Assembly: GCA_937625935.1 (NCBI GenBank)
Contig: OW569367.1
Location: forward strand, 186,001 to 250,000
DNA from: Tetramitus jugosus
Taxonomy: Eukaryota; Protista; Heterolobosea
DNA length: 64,000 nt
Direction: 5' to 3'
Within the stretch, counting starts at the first letter, position 1, and each line of letters begins with the position of its first letter. The position numbers and the translations under genes are program-made. Shown piece by piece: positions 46,371-58,696 of this stretch. The notes under the pieces are model-generated. The model saw nothing but the letters and a program-made list of their open reading frames with translations. It had not been told where the DNA came from and ran no database searches.

Positions 46371-47552
46371 TTATTCATGTGTTATCCGATAAGATTGTTT
46401 CTCGAGGCACTCCAATGCTTGATCCAACCGAGCAGACTCAATAATGCAGTAATCGGTCAAGAAGGTGCTGCAGTACAAGATGGGAATCGTTCCATCGAGG
46501 GCTCCAGCAAATCGTGCTGCAATTCCCGTTTCTTCAAATCCCAGAGCTCCCTCATCGATTCGCACAGCTTGCATCGTACATGGTTCATTGTTTTCTTGTT
46601 GATCCTGTCGCAACAAGACTTGAATTTCGTCGCTCGATAATGTCTCATCTCTCAGTATATCTTGAATCAACTCTGCTCTCGCAATCAACATGTGACAATC
46701 GCCAAACGATGTCAAGGACAGAAAAGCGCCCATATATTTTCGCTTGTAAAAGAACAACATGTCCAACAGCGTTCGATTGTGATATTGAAACGAGTGTGGC
46801 GTACAGAAGCGCAACGCCTGCAACACATTATTCTCCAAAACAGTCACATCCATTTGCAATTCTTCATTGAGTACAATCGATTTTGTTTCCTCTTTTTCCG
46901 CGGTAACCACTACAGGATTGCTTTTCTCTTCCACTTGACTTGTCGTCTTATTTTCTCCCTCCTCATTTTCCACATTATTCCCATCATCATTCTCTTCTTC
47001 TTCAGTTTGTTTCTTCTCATCATTCTCCTCTTCATTCTCCACTTCCTGTTCTTCCTGCTGCTGCTGCTGCTGTCTCTCCTTTTCCTCCATCTCCTCACTC
47101 AACCGAGTCAAACATTGCATTGCAAGATCAAACTTGTCTTCTTCGACGAGAATCAACTCCGAGTCATACAAGCTGACATACATGATTGATATGTCACTCT
47201 CAGACAAACAACTAGCCAATTGTTTCACAGTCGTAGCACCTCTAATACCCACTTTTGATGACAATGATGACGACAATTGACAACGAATGGCACGCCACAG
47301 TGTAGAGCACTCAACAAGAGAGGAATTTGTGTTGCCATTGGACCGTGCAAGTGCTTCATATTGATCGAGAACGTCCATGGATCGTTCATCCATGATCAAT
47401 GATACTTCTTCATCGGTTTCAGTGTAACAAATGAAACGATCATTGGGAGGAACGATGAATGCTCGTTCAATGATGACATAGAGGTATTTTAGAATGTCTG
47501 ATCGTTGGAAGGAGGAGATGTAGAGCTTGTGCTCCAGAGGATAAATGTGCAT
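46371..47552 (-). CDS. CASTOR/GATS-like tandem ACT-domain protein
   Basis: N-terminal LEHKLYISS, YTETDEEVSLIMDE, WRAI, DISIMYVS.Y..ELILV and LGFEETGIAA...YCSTFLTDYCII. Confidence 0.82.
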   Translation of the reverse strand: MHIYPLEHKLYISSFQRSDILKYLYVIIERAFIVPPNDRFICYTETDEEVSLIMDERSMDVLDQYEALARSNGNTNSSLVECSTLWRAIRCQLSSSLSSKVGIRGATTVKQLASCLSESDISIMYVSLYDSELILVEEDKFDLAMQCLTRLSEEMEEKERQQQQQQEEQEVENEEENDEKKQTEEEENDDGNNVENEEGENKTTSQVEEKSNPVVVTAEKEETKSIVLNEELQMDVTVLENNVLQALRFCTPHSFQYHNRTLLDMLFFYKRKYMGAFLSLTSFGDCHMLIARAELIQDILRDETLSSDEIQVLLRQDQQENNEPCTMQAVRIDEGALGFEETGIAARFAGALDGTIPILYCSTFLTDYCIIESARLDQALECLEKQSYRITHE

Positions 47553-47738
47553 TTGGTGGTTCGTGTGTGTTGCTGTTGTTGTTGTTTTGTTGTTAAAGCA
47601 GCTTTTTTTTCTTCTCTTATGGCGAAAAGCTGTGCTTTTTCAATGGATTGGGCGGGGAGAGCAAGTGATTGCAAAACTCCACTTGGGGGAAGAGCTGGTT
47701 CAGATATTGGAAGAGTTTGTTTTAATGTGGGATGAGCT

Positions 47739-49115
47739 TTAAAACTTGTTGGAATATACGACAATGAATGTGATGGCAGTTACCACTGCAATAGACTTGA
47801 CAATCTTGGATAGATCGGATCGAGTCAAGTTAAAGAAAACAACCTTGTTTTCTTCGTGGTGCTCACTCTCAGAGCTGGTGAACGACACGTTCAGACTGGA
47901 ATGGAACAGTGTAACATTGTACAAATAGATGCTCATTCCAATCAACAATGCAGCATAGATCCATAGCTTGTGCAATGTCATTCCAAGAACCAAAACTGCG
48001 AACAGAGTGCTGAGAATGGTTGCCGCAGCAATGCAGTACAAACGAACAATGTTATCTGCATATCTCATGATGGCAGATAACAATAGACCAGCAAAACTCT
48101 GATTCAACAGCACACAAATTGTCCAGAATGTGAATTGAATGAACCATTCTTGACTTTGTCCTGACGATGATGATGAACCACCACTGTAAATGAATTGAGC
48201 AATCATTCCAATGACATTGAACACAATTCCGTACAAGTACAATCTGAAGTTCTGAGCATGCAATGACTCATTCTTTTGCTTTTTGGCATAGAATTCAAAG
48301 GCAACACCTGCCAATGCACTAAACACTGCAGACACAATCATGAGTATCAAACCAAAGAAGGAAGCACCCAATGTCTCTGAATTCGCATCACCACCAGCAT
48401 TAGAGCTCTCCGTAGTCAACAAACAACCCAGAAACAGTAGCGTGATCGATGTCCAATGAACGGGAGTAAAGCTCTTTCTGAACACAATCCATGACAACAA
48501 TGTCGTAGTAATAATCTTCAAATTGGACAATGCTTGAAACGTTGCCGCATCCATATAATTCAACGCAATGAACGAAATTGGATTATTGATACCGTAGATG
48601 AGCGCCGGAGCTACCATGCCCCAATCAATCGGAAAAATTAAACTCCGAAGCAAAGCAACCATCCCGTCCTGTTGGGATGGTTTTATGTGATGATGCGAGT
48701 CAGCACCGTCGGGCAATGAATGTGAGGGATCGCGTACCTGTGAAACGTACAGTAATGAGAAGGAAACAACGAGTTTGATGACCTCTGATAGCATCACCAG
48801 TGCACTCGTATTGAACGGCAACTTTCCATCGTTTGAACGCTTGCACAACTCTGTGAGCACACCGTGCATCGAGTAGGCCACTGTTGCAACAACCACAAGA
48901 ATCATTGTTGAGGAAAAAGAAAGACCACCATTGTTATTACTAGTCGTGCTACCGCTTGGATGACTACTCTTTTCATGTGGTTGCTTGGTGATGAGATGTT
49001 GTTTCTGGGGGTGAACAACAGGAGAATTGGATTCGTCTTCGTCTGTGAGGGATATCTCTGCGTCCTCTTCACTGTGATTGTTACTATTGCTATTTTGGGG
49101 TGGTATAGGTGGCAT
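47739..49115 (-). CDS. SLC35A-family nucleotide-sugar transporter
   Basis: SEVIKL, APALIYGINN, MDAATFQALSNLKIITT, SALAGV.FE, QNFRLYLYG and AIMRYADNIVR. Confidence 0.9.
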   Translation of the reverse strand: MPPIPPQNSNSNNHSEEDAEISLTDEDESNSPVVHPQKQHLITKQPHEKSSHPSGSTTSNNNGGLSFSSTMILVVVATVAYSMHGVLTELCKRSNDGKLPFNTSALVMLSEVIKLVVSFSLLYVSQVRDPSHSLPDGADSHHHIKPSQQDGMVALLRSLIFPIDWGMVAPALIYGINNPISFIALNYMDAATFQALSNLKIITTTLLSWIVFRKSFTPVHWTSITLLFLGCLLTTESSNAGGDANSETLGASFFGLILMIVSAVFSALAGVAFEFYAKKQKNESLHAQNFRLYLYGIVFNVIGMIAQFIYSGGSSSSSGQSQEWFIQFTFWTICVLLNQSFAGLLLSAIMRYADNIVRLYCIAAATILSTLFAVLVLGMTLHKLWIYAALLIGMSIYLYNVTLFHSSLNVSFTSSESEHHEENKVVFFNLTRSDLSKIVKSIAVVTAITFIVVYSNKF

Positions 49116-49535
49116 GTTACTTGCTTGTGATTCTTGCAAAGTTGTGTGGTTTTGTTGTTCGGGAGAGTTTGGGATGGGAAACTTTTAAAAGGAGTGAAAC
49201 GGGATGCTGAGAAGATTTGGGCGAGTTTTATTTCCGTGAATCAGCGACCAGGAGTTATTGGCGGTAAGTGAACAGAGGTTTTTTGGAGCATGTCATCATG
49301 CCTTTTTGCATACGAAAAGATATCCAAGTCTAAAAAACGACTCTCAACTCTTCCACATGGAACCTATCTGGACCTGTGAATCGACAGATGCTTGCTCACT
49401 CGTAAATCTTCAACCAATGAACTCCGATGCAGAAAAAGCGGAGAAATTTGTCTGAAGAAAAGGAATCATCCAGAATTAGCGATAAAACCGAACAAGAGCC
49501 TGAACCACATAAAAAAACTTGTGAGAGACAAGAAA

Positions 49536-52500
49536 ATGAACAACGACTCCATGAAGAACATCTTCAAAAATGTCTCGGTCGTTCATTCATGTGACTTGGA
49601 TTACTATGTTATGCTCAAAATGTTCGTTTTTGCCCATTAGCTTTTTCAATGGAGTGTTTGTTTGAATGATGATTGAGTATGAACTGACACAAAATGTTTC
49701 TTGTCCATACAGAGGTGATCTGGAAGGGACGATTGAGGATGATAAAAATTTGGATGACATGTTTTGTCTCCATCAATGCATGAAGCAGAACTCTGACTCT
49801 GATCTCAAAAGAAGTGAAACATTGAGATATACAGTGATGAATTTGGTGAAAAATCCTCAATTGCCATCTCCACTCGTATCAAGGTATGTTGTTTGTTCTT
49901 GTCATTTGATATCATGTTGTGTATGTAGTGAAAATGCACTGACACGTTGCCCTACGACTGCCATTTACTTGTTAGTTCTCATGATGACATGTATGTAGAG
50001 TGTGGTTTGTACTTGAATGGCCAATTGTTGTGTCCTGTTCAGTACACAACATATAGCAAATCACAAAACAAGACACTGTGGAGAGAATGGATTGTGTTTC
50101 CTGTTCAATACAGAGATTTGACAGAGAATGCAAAGATTGCAATCACGATATGGGACATTTTTTCACCGAGAAAACCAAAGGTTGTTGGTGGATTTTGTTT
50201 CGATGTGTTTGATCAGAGAGTGAGTCATTTCCCTCGATACAGTGTAGACTATTTACTCAAAATGAGCAATCAAAAATTTAAAGTTTGGAGGAACCAGCGA
50301 CCAGATGTTTCAAACGACAGTGCAACGCCTGGTGAGATTGAGTGGCGCGCAGATGACTTGGATGATATTACAAGAATCGAGCAATTGGTCATAGAACATC
50401 ACAAGAAGGTTGGTGAGGAAGCCGCAGCGTCGAGGAGGAAAGAAAATCATGGTTTGGATCGTAGCGGTGGTGGTGCGAACGGAATTGGCGATTTCAGTCA
50501 AGGAAGATCAAAGATCAATGACGATAGATGGCTCGATCATTTATCGAATATCTCAATCAATAATCAGAAGAGAGAATTATCAGATCTGACGAGAGTGCAG
50601 AGAAAGAGTAGTGCTGGACTGTTTCTCAATGTTGAGTTGTTGAACTTTGAGTACCCTGTAATATATTTTGATGGACATGAGACGAGTAATCGCACCTCGG
50701 CATCAAAGAAACAACAGAAAGATGATACGAAAGAGCGTATGATGCAAACGATATGGTTGGCCGAGAAGACTACTGATTGGAAGATTATTGATCCGGAGAT
50801 GGGTAAGGACAACCCTGCTGCAGTGAAACATCTAAAGTTGACAATGCATTTATCAACGGGATTCTTGGATCGGGATTTAAGGCCAGAAGCCATGGAACAA
50901 AGAATGCTCATCTCTATTATCAACTCCACTCCACTTCAGGAGATTACCCCAGAAGAGAAGACAATTATTTGGAAGTATCGATACTGGTTGTTGAGTAAGA
51001 AGCGAGCACTTACAAAATTCCTTCGTTGTGTCGATTGGGCCGTGATCAAGGAGTCGAGAGAAGCATCTGATTTGATTGTACAATGGGCCGAAATTGATAT
51101 TGTGGATGCTCTTGAACTGTTGAGCAAGTTCTATCAAAATGTGGATATCGTTCGTAATCATGCCGTGCAAGTATTGAGGAGAGCTGACAATGAGCAAATC
51201 TTAAGTGTATTGTTGCAATTGGTTCAAGCACTCCGATACGAGAGGGATATGCGTACTTGTGCACTCACAACGTTTTTGCTTGATCGCTCGTTGGCCAGTT
51301 TCGAGATTGCCAACAATATTAATTGGTACTTAATAACAGAGAGTGAAGATCCACTATTTGGAGTTATATATGCAGCTGTACATAGGCGATTTATTGAACA
51401 CATTAAGAAACAATCGGAGCAGTCGAACACTCAATTCATATTCTTGGACCAAATCTTCAGGCAGCAAACGCTAGTCAAAAACCTGAAGAAACTATGTGGA
51501 GAACTCGACAAGTATTCTCGTGAGATTAAGATCAAAACTTTACGTCAAACTATATCTGATATTGAACAGGCAGATGCATCAAAGGTACCAGCCGCTTGGA
51601 GAGGAATATTAAAGAGCAGTAACGGTACAGATCAGAAGAGAGATTGCCTGCGGTTGCTAATCAATCCTAGTCTCGTTGTGAAGGGTATTAATGCTAATGA
51701 TGCTATTGTGTTCAAAAGTGCCACAAATCCTGTTAGATTGTCATTCCGAACGATGGACAATCAATTGTACAAAGTTATATTTAAGATTGGTGACGATCTT
51801 CGTCAAGATCAGCTCATTATTCAACTCATTACACTTATGGATAAATTATTGAAGAAGGATGGACTGGACTTGAAGCTCACACCATACAAAGTGCTTGCTT
51901 GTGGAAAGAATGAAGGATTTCTAGAGTTTGTCGATGGTAGTAAACCTTTCGAAGCAATTATTCAAAAGAGGAACATTCGAGCATGGCTCGAGAAAAAGAG
52001 CAAAGGAAATAAGCAAACATTTGACATTGCCTGTGACAATTTTGTTCGGAGTTGTGCTGGCTATTGTGTAATCACTTATATTCTTGGCATTGGAGATCGA
52101 CATTTGGAGAATCTTTTGCTGACCGCAGATGGTAAATTGTTCCATATTGATTTTGGATTTATACTGGGAAGAGATCCCAAGCATTTTGCTCCACCAATGA
52201 AGTTGTGCAAGGAAATGGTGGAAGGTATGGGAGGTCGTGAGAGTCCCGGATATACTAGGTTCCTCGAAATGTGTTGCACAGCATACAATATCATGCGCAA
52301 ACATTCTCATTGGATCCTCAACATGTTCATTCTGATGGTTGACGCAGGAATTAAGGATATCGATGAAGGTGTGAAGAACATAGAGCCAGAATCACAACCT
52401 ATGAATGCTACAGACACAGATTTCCTCATGACAAAGATGATGGAAGATGCCCGGAATAAGCTCGGTGATGCACGGCCAGAAAACTTCAAGAACATTATGA

Positions 52501-52643
52501 AGGTGCAAGAGAGACTGAAGCCAGAGCTGAGTGACGAAGAAGCAAACAGATTTATTCAAGAAGTGATCCTAGAAAGTGAACGTGCCTTGTTTGCTCCCAT
52601 TCACGATCTTACCCATCGCTGGGCCCAGTATTGGCGAAATTAG
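49536..52643 (+). CDS. VPS34: Class III phosphatidylinositol 3-kinase (two 5' introns)
   Basis: C2 domain WREWIVFPVQYRDL, ALTKFLRCVDW, LLQLVQALRYE, IFKIGDDLRQDQL, LGIGDRHLEN, HIDFGFILGRDPK and C-terminal HRWAQYWR. Confidence 0.97.
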
Positions 52644-52725
52644 TTGTAAAAATTGTACTTTGTTTATCCGCTGATCATCCCGCCAAATTATTCATCAAAA
52701 ATTCTTTCAGCTCCTGAAAACAAAA

Positions 52726-52986
52726 ATGTCAACGAGTAATGGAAAGATTGTTGGTCTAGTGTTTGTTGCGGGCCTGGCTGCTGCCGTGTTTGCTGTTTCC
52801 AAACCAGTGTAGTATGTGTTGATCAATAATGAATTGTTTTACTCATTGAGCATGTATGACCGACCATGTTCATTTTCTCACAACGACTCTGTACATTGCA
52901 GCTTCCCAAAGAAATCTGCACCAAAGAGAGAATTTGAAAAGAAGAACAAGGATCCTCAAGACTACAAGGACAAGGAGATATTGTAA
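52726..52986 (+). CDS. 56-aa single-pass membrane microprotein (exons 52726-52811 and 52902-52986)
   Basis: Translation MSTSNGKIVGLVFVAGLAAAVFAVSKPVYFPKKSAPKREFEKKNKDPQDYKDKEIL. GTATGT..TTGCAG intron, caaaaATG context and a TCCCGCCAAA motif upstream. Confidence 0.65.
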
Positions 52987-53088
52987 GAGTTAAATACAAT
53001 GAGAATTTCCCACTCACTTGCATCTCCCGTATTTGAACTGGAAACGTTAGCGTTGTTCGACGGCTTGTAATGATGCTCGGAACAAAGA

Positions 53089-54392
53089 TTATGGCAATAG
53101 AACTCTGCGACCTCGGTTTAAGACACTCATTTGCTTCTCTTTTTCTTCGCGTTCTAATGCCCAAGACTTTCTAGATGATTTGTTTAACTTTCCTGACCGA
53201 CCGAGAGATTTTGTGAGTGGTTTGTTAGGTGGTTGGATGATTGAAATTTCATCTCCTTCGTATTCGATTCGAAAAACAGTCTCTCCTAGTTCGGTGTTCG
53301 GTCCGATGGAACGATATGCATCTGCACTATTCAGAGATGTGTCAGATTGTGATTCATCTTCTCCATCTTCTTGGGTTGTAGTGTTCGTTATTGGTCTGCC
53401 TTCATCGTCCACAGGACAAGAGAACTTGCTGTTCCAGATACTGAGCGACTGACCAACTGAAATACGTTTCCGTTCGTTCTTGTAGAGCTTTTTGTATCTA
53501 TTCAGTTCATTTTGCATCATGTCCATACGATAGTAGAGAAGTTGAAGCGTTTTAGCATGATCTGCCTCTGGTGCAGAAAGGTTCATATCCGATTGCAATG
53601 GACCTGGTTTTGATGTACCTGGTCTAGAGTTGATCCTAGAGTGAGGTTGCGAGCTCGCAGGAGTTATATTCAAATGTTTCAGTGCAGTTAGCACCTCTGC
53701 CATACCCTCTCTTTCCATCGTGCGATCAAATTCTCGCTTTTGGGATTTGGCAGCTAACCAAGCCTGCTGGGCATTCTCTCGAACTCTCTCACTATATTCT
53801 CGATCTAATTCTTGCTTCCAGTTCTCCATCTCTGCAATCATATTCTCTGATTCTAACTGAGATAGTTGAGTCAGTCTCAATAGCTGTGCTGACATTGAGT
53901 TTATAGATGCTCGAAGTGCCTTATTCTCTTCAGCAAAGAATCTGAACACTCTCAGCTCCCCTTCTAATCTCTGGTTCTCACGATCCAAATGGGCATTTTT
54001 ATGTGTCAGCAACATATTCTCATTCTTTAACTCTTCGGTCATTACAAGGAACTCTGTCTGATTCCTGCTCTGTTCTTTGGCGGCAGAGTGTTCTAGTTCG
54101 GAAGTCTTCTTCACCAGTGCTGCGCTCTGTTCCTCTAAGGTTCGTATCAATGATACTTGCTGTACATTTCTTTCTCTTAGTCTAACATGGTCGTCACAAA
54201 GAAATTGATACCTAAATAGTGACAGTGTAAGTGATTCTGGAGCATCACCAAAGAACCAAAGTTGTTGTTTACTTGCTCTTTCACTAGTTCTTTGACTGTT
54301 TGAATCATTCTCTGAGATTGTGTACTACTAGAGTTCTGATCATACAAGGGTATGGGAACAGGAAGGCAAACATCCTCAGCATTCTCTCCCAT
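53089..54392 (-). CDS. Coiled-coil hypothetical protein (5' exon structure unresolved)
   Basis: 353-aa heptad-rich ORF plus a short upstream ORF. I could not fix an in-frame splice. Confidence 0.55.
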
Positions 54393-54496
54393 CTTTCTCT
54401 TCTTCTCCTACAACTCTTGATCGTTTAATTGTGGTCTCTATTTTGCCGCTTCCACCACAAAAAAAGTCATCTGAAAACAACCTGAAAAAAACAAAA

Positions 54497-55806
54497 ATGA
54501 TCAACACAACATCAAAGGAGAGCAGCATTGCCTACACATACCTATCAAAGATCCCAGATCTCATCAAAAATGAACAACTCGTTCTCCAATCTCAAACTGA
54601 AAATCATTTCAAGAAATTGATTGCTCTCAAGGAAGAACAAATCAAACAACAAAAGGAACTCGTTTTTTATCACGAAATTATTCTTGAGGTAGTCATCATT
54701 CACATGTTTTCCTTCTTGCTATCATTAGCTAACATGCATGTGATCATTTTTTTGTTTGTTAGTTTGTCAATGATTTTAAAAAGCTTTCGACCATGGTTAG
54801 CTCTCTGGGGAATGATCGTCATCATCGGACTGATCTGCGCGCAGAAATGCTACTCAAGATGAAAAATGAAATTTTTGTCATGGAACAGCGAATGAACAGT
54901 ATGAGAGAAGAGTCGGAGAATGAACAATTTGTTCGTTCCAACTTGTTTAACAGTATTCAAGGCAAGTGCAATTCGTTTTCTGAGAGATTGAGACAGTTGG
55001 TGGATGAGTACTTGTCAAATGAGATGAATGTTGATTCGTTGTTGACAAATGAGGCGGAATTTGAGTCGTCATGGGCGTTAGCGAATGATTATGGATTGAC
55101 AGAATCGTTTTTTGATCGGATATCATGTGAATTGGGTCATCGAATTGTTGCAATCGTTGATACAGTGTCATCCAACAAGTCTATCAATCAAAAGATGATT
55201 CCTGCTCGAATATTCACCTTTTTGAAACAATACATGAGCAAGTTGTTGGACAAGTATGTACAGAGAAGATGTAATGAAATCTTGGGAGAAGCCAGAGCTC
55301 AATTTTCATCTAATGACTGTCTGATGGAGACTCATACTATAATGGCACACGAAGACAACGTAGAAGGATCACTATTTTATTATCATCCATGTGAGATATC
55401 TTCTGCTGCCCAATGGGTTGTAACATATGTTGATGAACTGGTGAGTGAATCGATCAAGATGTCGTCAATGAAACAAACTCTAATTGATCAATCTGATCGA
55501 TACCTGCAATGCATCAAGACTTTATGCCGATTGTACAATGTACTCATACCTTCCAAGTACAGGAATCAAATCGTGCAGAATTCACACATTTGTCAAGTTC
55601 ATTTCAATGATTGCATGTACCTGTGTCAAATTCTAACGAAATACTCTGTCGCTTGCAACTTGCATTTCAAGAATGCCACGGATGATTCTTCCAACAGCAG
55701 TTTCATCGACTGTATTCGTGAGTTACGAGCCACGGGTGAACGAACATACCATCTGCTACCCCAATCAAAGAGAACCACATTATCTCCGTTCATAAACAGC
55801 TCCTAG
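54497..55806 (+). CDS. ZW10: ZW10/Dsl1-like protein, short and C-terminally truncated (one intron)
   Basis: RRCNEILGEAR, PCEISS, LYNVLIP, HFNDCMYL and SFIDCIRELR..G match the ZW10 middle/C domains. Confidence 0.7.
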
Positions 55807-55993
55807 CCTCCTGCTTGCCATTCTTGTTTTCTCCGATTGATAATAAAACTCCTCGCACAAATGGGATGAAAGGTGACCACCCGCGCATCTCCCCAATAAC
55901 AGACCTTCAATTTCACACCCCGAACAACGAACATCTCTCCCTTGAAAAAACCAAACACGTACCCTACTACTACCACTACCGTTCAATCACATC

Positions 55994-58693
55994 ATGGGCA
56001 GTGTATTGCCATTGGACTTTCGAAAGAAACACCATAAGGAGTGGTATCTCGCAAAAACGCTCTGTATTTTGCTCATTCTCGTAACTGTTGGTCTCTACTA
56101 TGCAAGTGATCAGTTTTTGGGTAGCTTTACTGGAAATTCATCATCTTTGATAGTTGGTGATGATGCTCTTGGTACGTTGACCTTGAACAATCATTATCAT
56201 ATCAGTGGTGAGCATAGCTTTGATACGATGGAAGCAATTGGAGCACTCGCAGATGTGCAAGGAGGTGATAATGGAACATTTCCTTTTGCAAACTTGACTT
56301 CTTGCGCACCGAAAACCATTCCTTATGTGTATCGTTGTCAATTTGTGAGAAAACACAGTGCATGCGGCGCAAATGTGTACATGAGGATTCAATATTGCAC
56401 GTTTAAGAAGAAATTGGAACCACTTTATTTTATTTTGGCGGTAAGTACCACAAAGTTGGTTGAGTTGTTGTTTGTTTCATTTGGTGAAAAAGCTCACATG
56501 TTTTTTTGGCTCATTTCTGTGTGCGTGTAGATTCTATGGTTGTTGCTCTTGTTTTACTTGTTGGGAGATACTGCTGAAGCATACTTTTCCTCTTCTCTTA
56601 TTAAAATCTCTGGTTATTTGAGATTGAGCCCGAATATCGCTGGTGTGACGTTGTTGGCACTAGGAAATGGTGCACCTGATTTGAGTGCGATCATTGTGGG
56701 TGTTTTGTCAGGTGATACGGATATCGGTGTTGGTGCACCCATTGGTGGTGGTGTTTTTGTTACGACAGGCATGTATTTTCTTTACGAGGAACTATGCTTC
56801 TATAGTTTGAAGTTCTCGCTGTTTTGAGTTGGAGACATGACTAACATGGTTGCACATTTGTTGTTTTGTTTGTTAATTTGTGATTTGTTGTGAAAACTGG
56901 ATGATAGTGGTGTTGGGAGCTGTTATTTTGTTTGCTGATGTGAAAGTGACTCGGAGACCATTCATTCGTGATGTTGTTTTCTATCTCTGCTCCGTTCTCT
57001 GGGTGTTTATATGGTTCTTAACAAACAAGGTTTATATTTGGCAGAGTATCTTGTGCCTTGTATTGTATTTGCTGTATGTGTTGACTGTGGTGTTTGGTAG
57101 AATGATCTATCAAAGACTCAAGGCACGAAGATTAAAGAAGCAAGCGGTGACTGAATTGGAGAAGGCAGAGCAGAAGAAGAGCAGAAGATTAATGAAAAAG
57201 GAAAGAAAACAACAGAAGCAACAAACTGAAAATGCTGACTTGAGTGTTGGATTGTTAGACAATGAAATCGAGCCGGATATACAATCCGAAACGAGCTTAG
57301 TATCTCTTGTGATTAACGAGAACGAGAATTTTGGTAAGGAGATTGATTCGGATAGTGATTCAGATGATGACTCTGAATCTGAAGAAGAGCATTGGGCTGG
57401 TGGACTGTGGCGGCGAAAACCCTCCTTTGTTCAATACGATAGACAATCAAGTGTTGATTTGAAAGACGAGACAACTACAGAAGTACCGGAAATCTCTGAG
57501 ACGCCAGATGAGAATTCGAAACCAAAATTGAATCCTGCAAAGTCGTTCTTTTATGGCCCAAAGATGGGTATTGTCCAGAGAGGTAATGATGACGAAGCAT
57601 TGGTGATCAAAGAATATTTTGATGAAGAGGGAGATGGTATGTGTTTTTATTTTGGTTGTCGGCCATGGAGTATGGCGCTTACATGCATGTTTCTTAATCA
57701 TAAACAGAGAAGAAAAACGAAGAGCTCACAGAAGTGAACGACGATTCCGATGACGAAGTAAAGGAAAATAAGGTGAAGAAATTCTTGGTTGATCTCATTG
57801 ATTCCACAGGTTGGTTCGACATGCCATGGTACGAGAAGATTACCTTTGTTCTCTTTGGTGCCATACTCGCCCTGTTGCGTAATTTGACGATTCCAAAGTC
57901 TGATGACGAAGAATGGAACAAGTACTTTGCTACTCTCATCCCTATCTTCGCTCCAGTTGCTATTTTAGTTGCAATCAACAAAGTTCATATCTTGATTGGC
58001 AAAGTTTTCCCATTAGCTGTGTTGTTGGCACTGATTGGCGCAGTCCTTGGAGTTTTAGTCTTTTTGTCAACAAGAAGATCCAAACCTCCTATTTATCACT
58101 TTGTATGTATTATATTGTTGGATGTACTGTTGTCGCCGTAAGTATTTTATTAACAACCCGTTGTCATTTAGTTGTTTGTCATTTTCGCTTTCGGTATGTC
58201 CATCGTTTGGATTTATATGGTTGCAAATCAACTACTTAGCTTGTTGGAAGCATTGGGAAATGCTTGGGGAATTGACAAATCAGTACTTGCCCTTACTGTT
58301 TTAAGTTGGGGAAATTCCATCGGAGACATGATTAGTGACATTGTGATTGCTAAGCAAGGATTTCCGTCCATGGCCGTTGGAGCATGCCTAGGAGCACCGA
58401 TGCTCAATTTGCTGCTTGGTCTTGGTGTTGCCATGACTTTCACACCGGAGCAGTTATCCAAGAGATGCTTCTCAATGGAAGCTGATGCACCGACTGCTGT
58501 AGCATTCTTATTCCTGTTGGTTTCTCTGCTTAGTACGCTTATTGTGATTCCACTCTCTCGATTTAGGGGCTACAAAGTATATGGTGTATATCTTATGCTT
58601 TTGTATGTTTGTTATCTAGTGTTGGCGGTAACAACTGCACTGAATCCGAAGTTGACCAAGGCCTTCAGTTGGAAACTGGGTCGTGGTTGTTGA
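55994..58693 (+). CDS. Cation/Ca2+ exchanger, CCX/NCLX (SLC8B1) family, multi-exon
   Basis: Alpha-1 repeat LSPNIAGVTLLALGNGAPD, RRPFIRDVVFY, alpha-2 repeat LTVLSWGNSIGD and GFPSMAVGAC.GAPMLN. Confidence 0.92.
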
Positions 58694-58696
58694 AAT

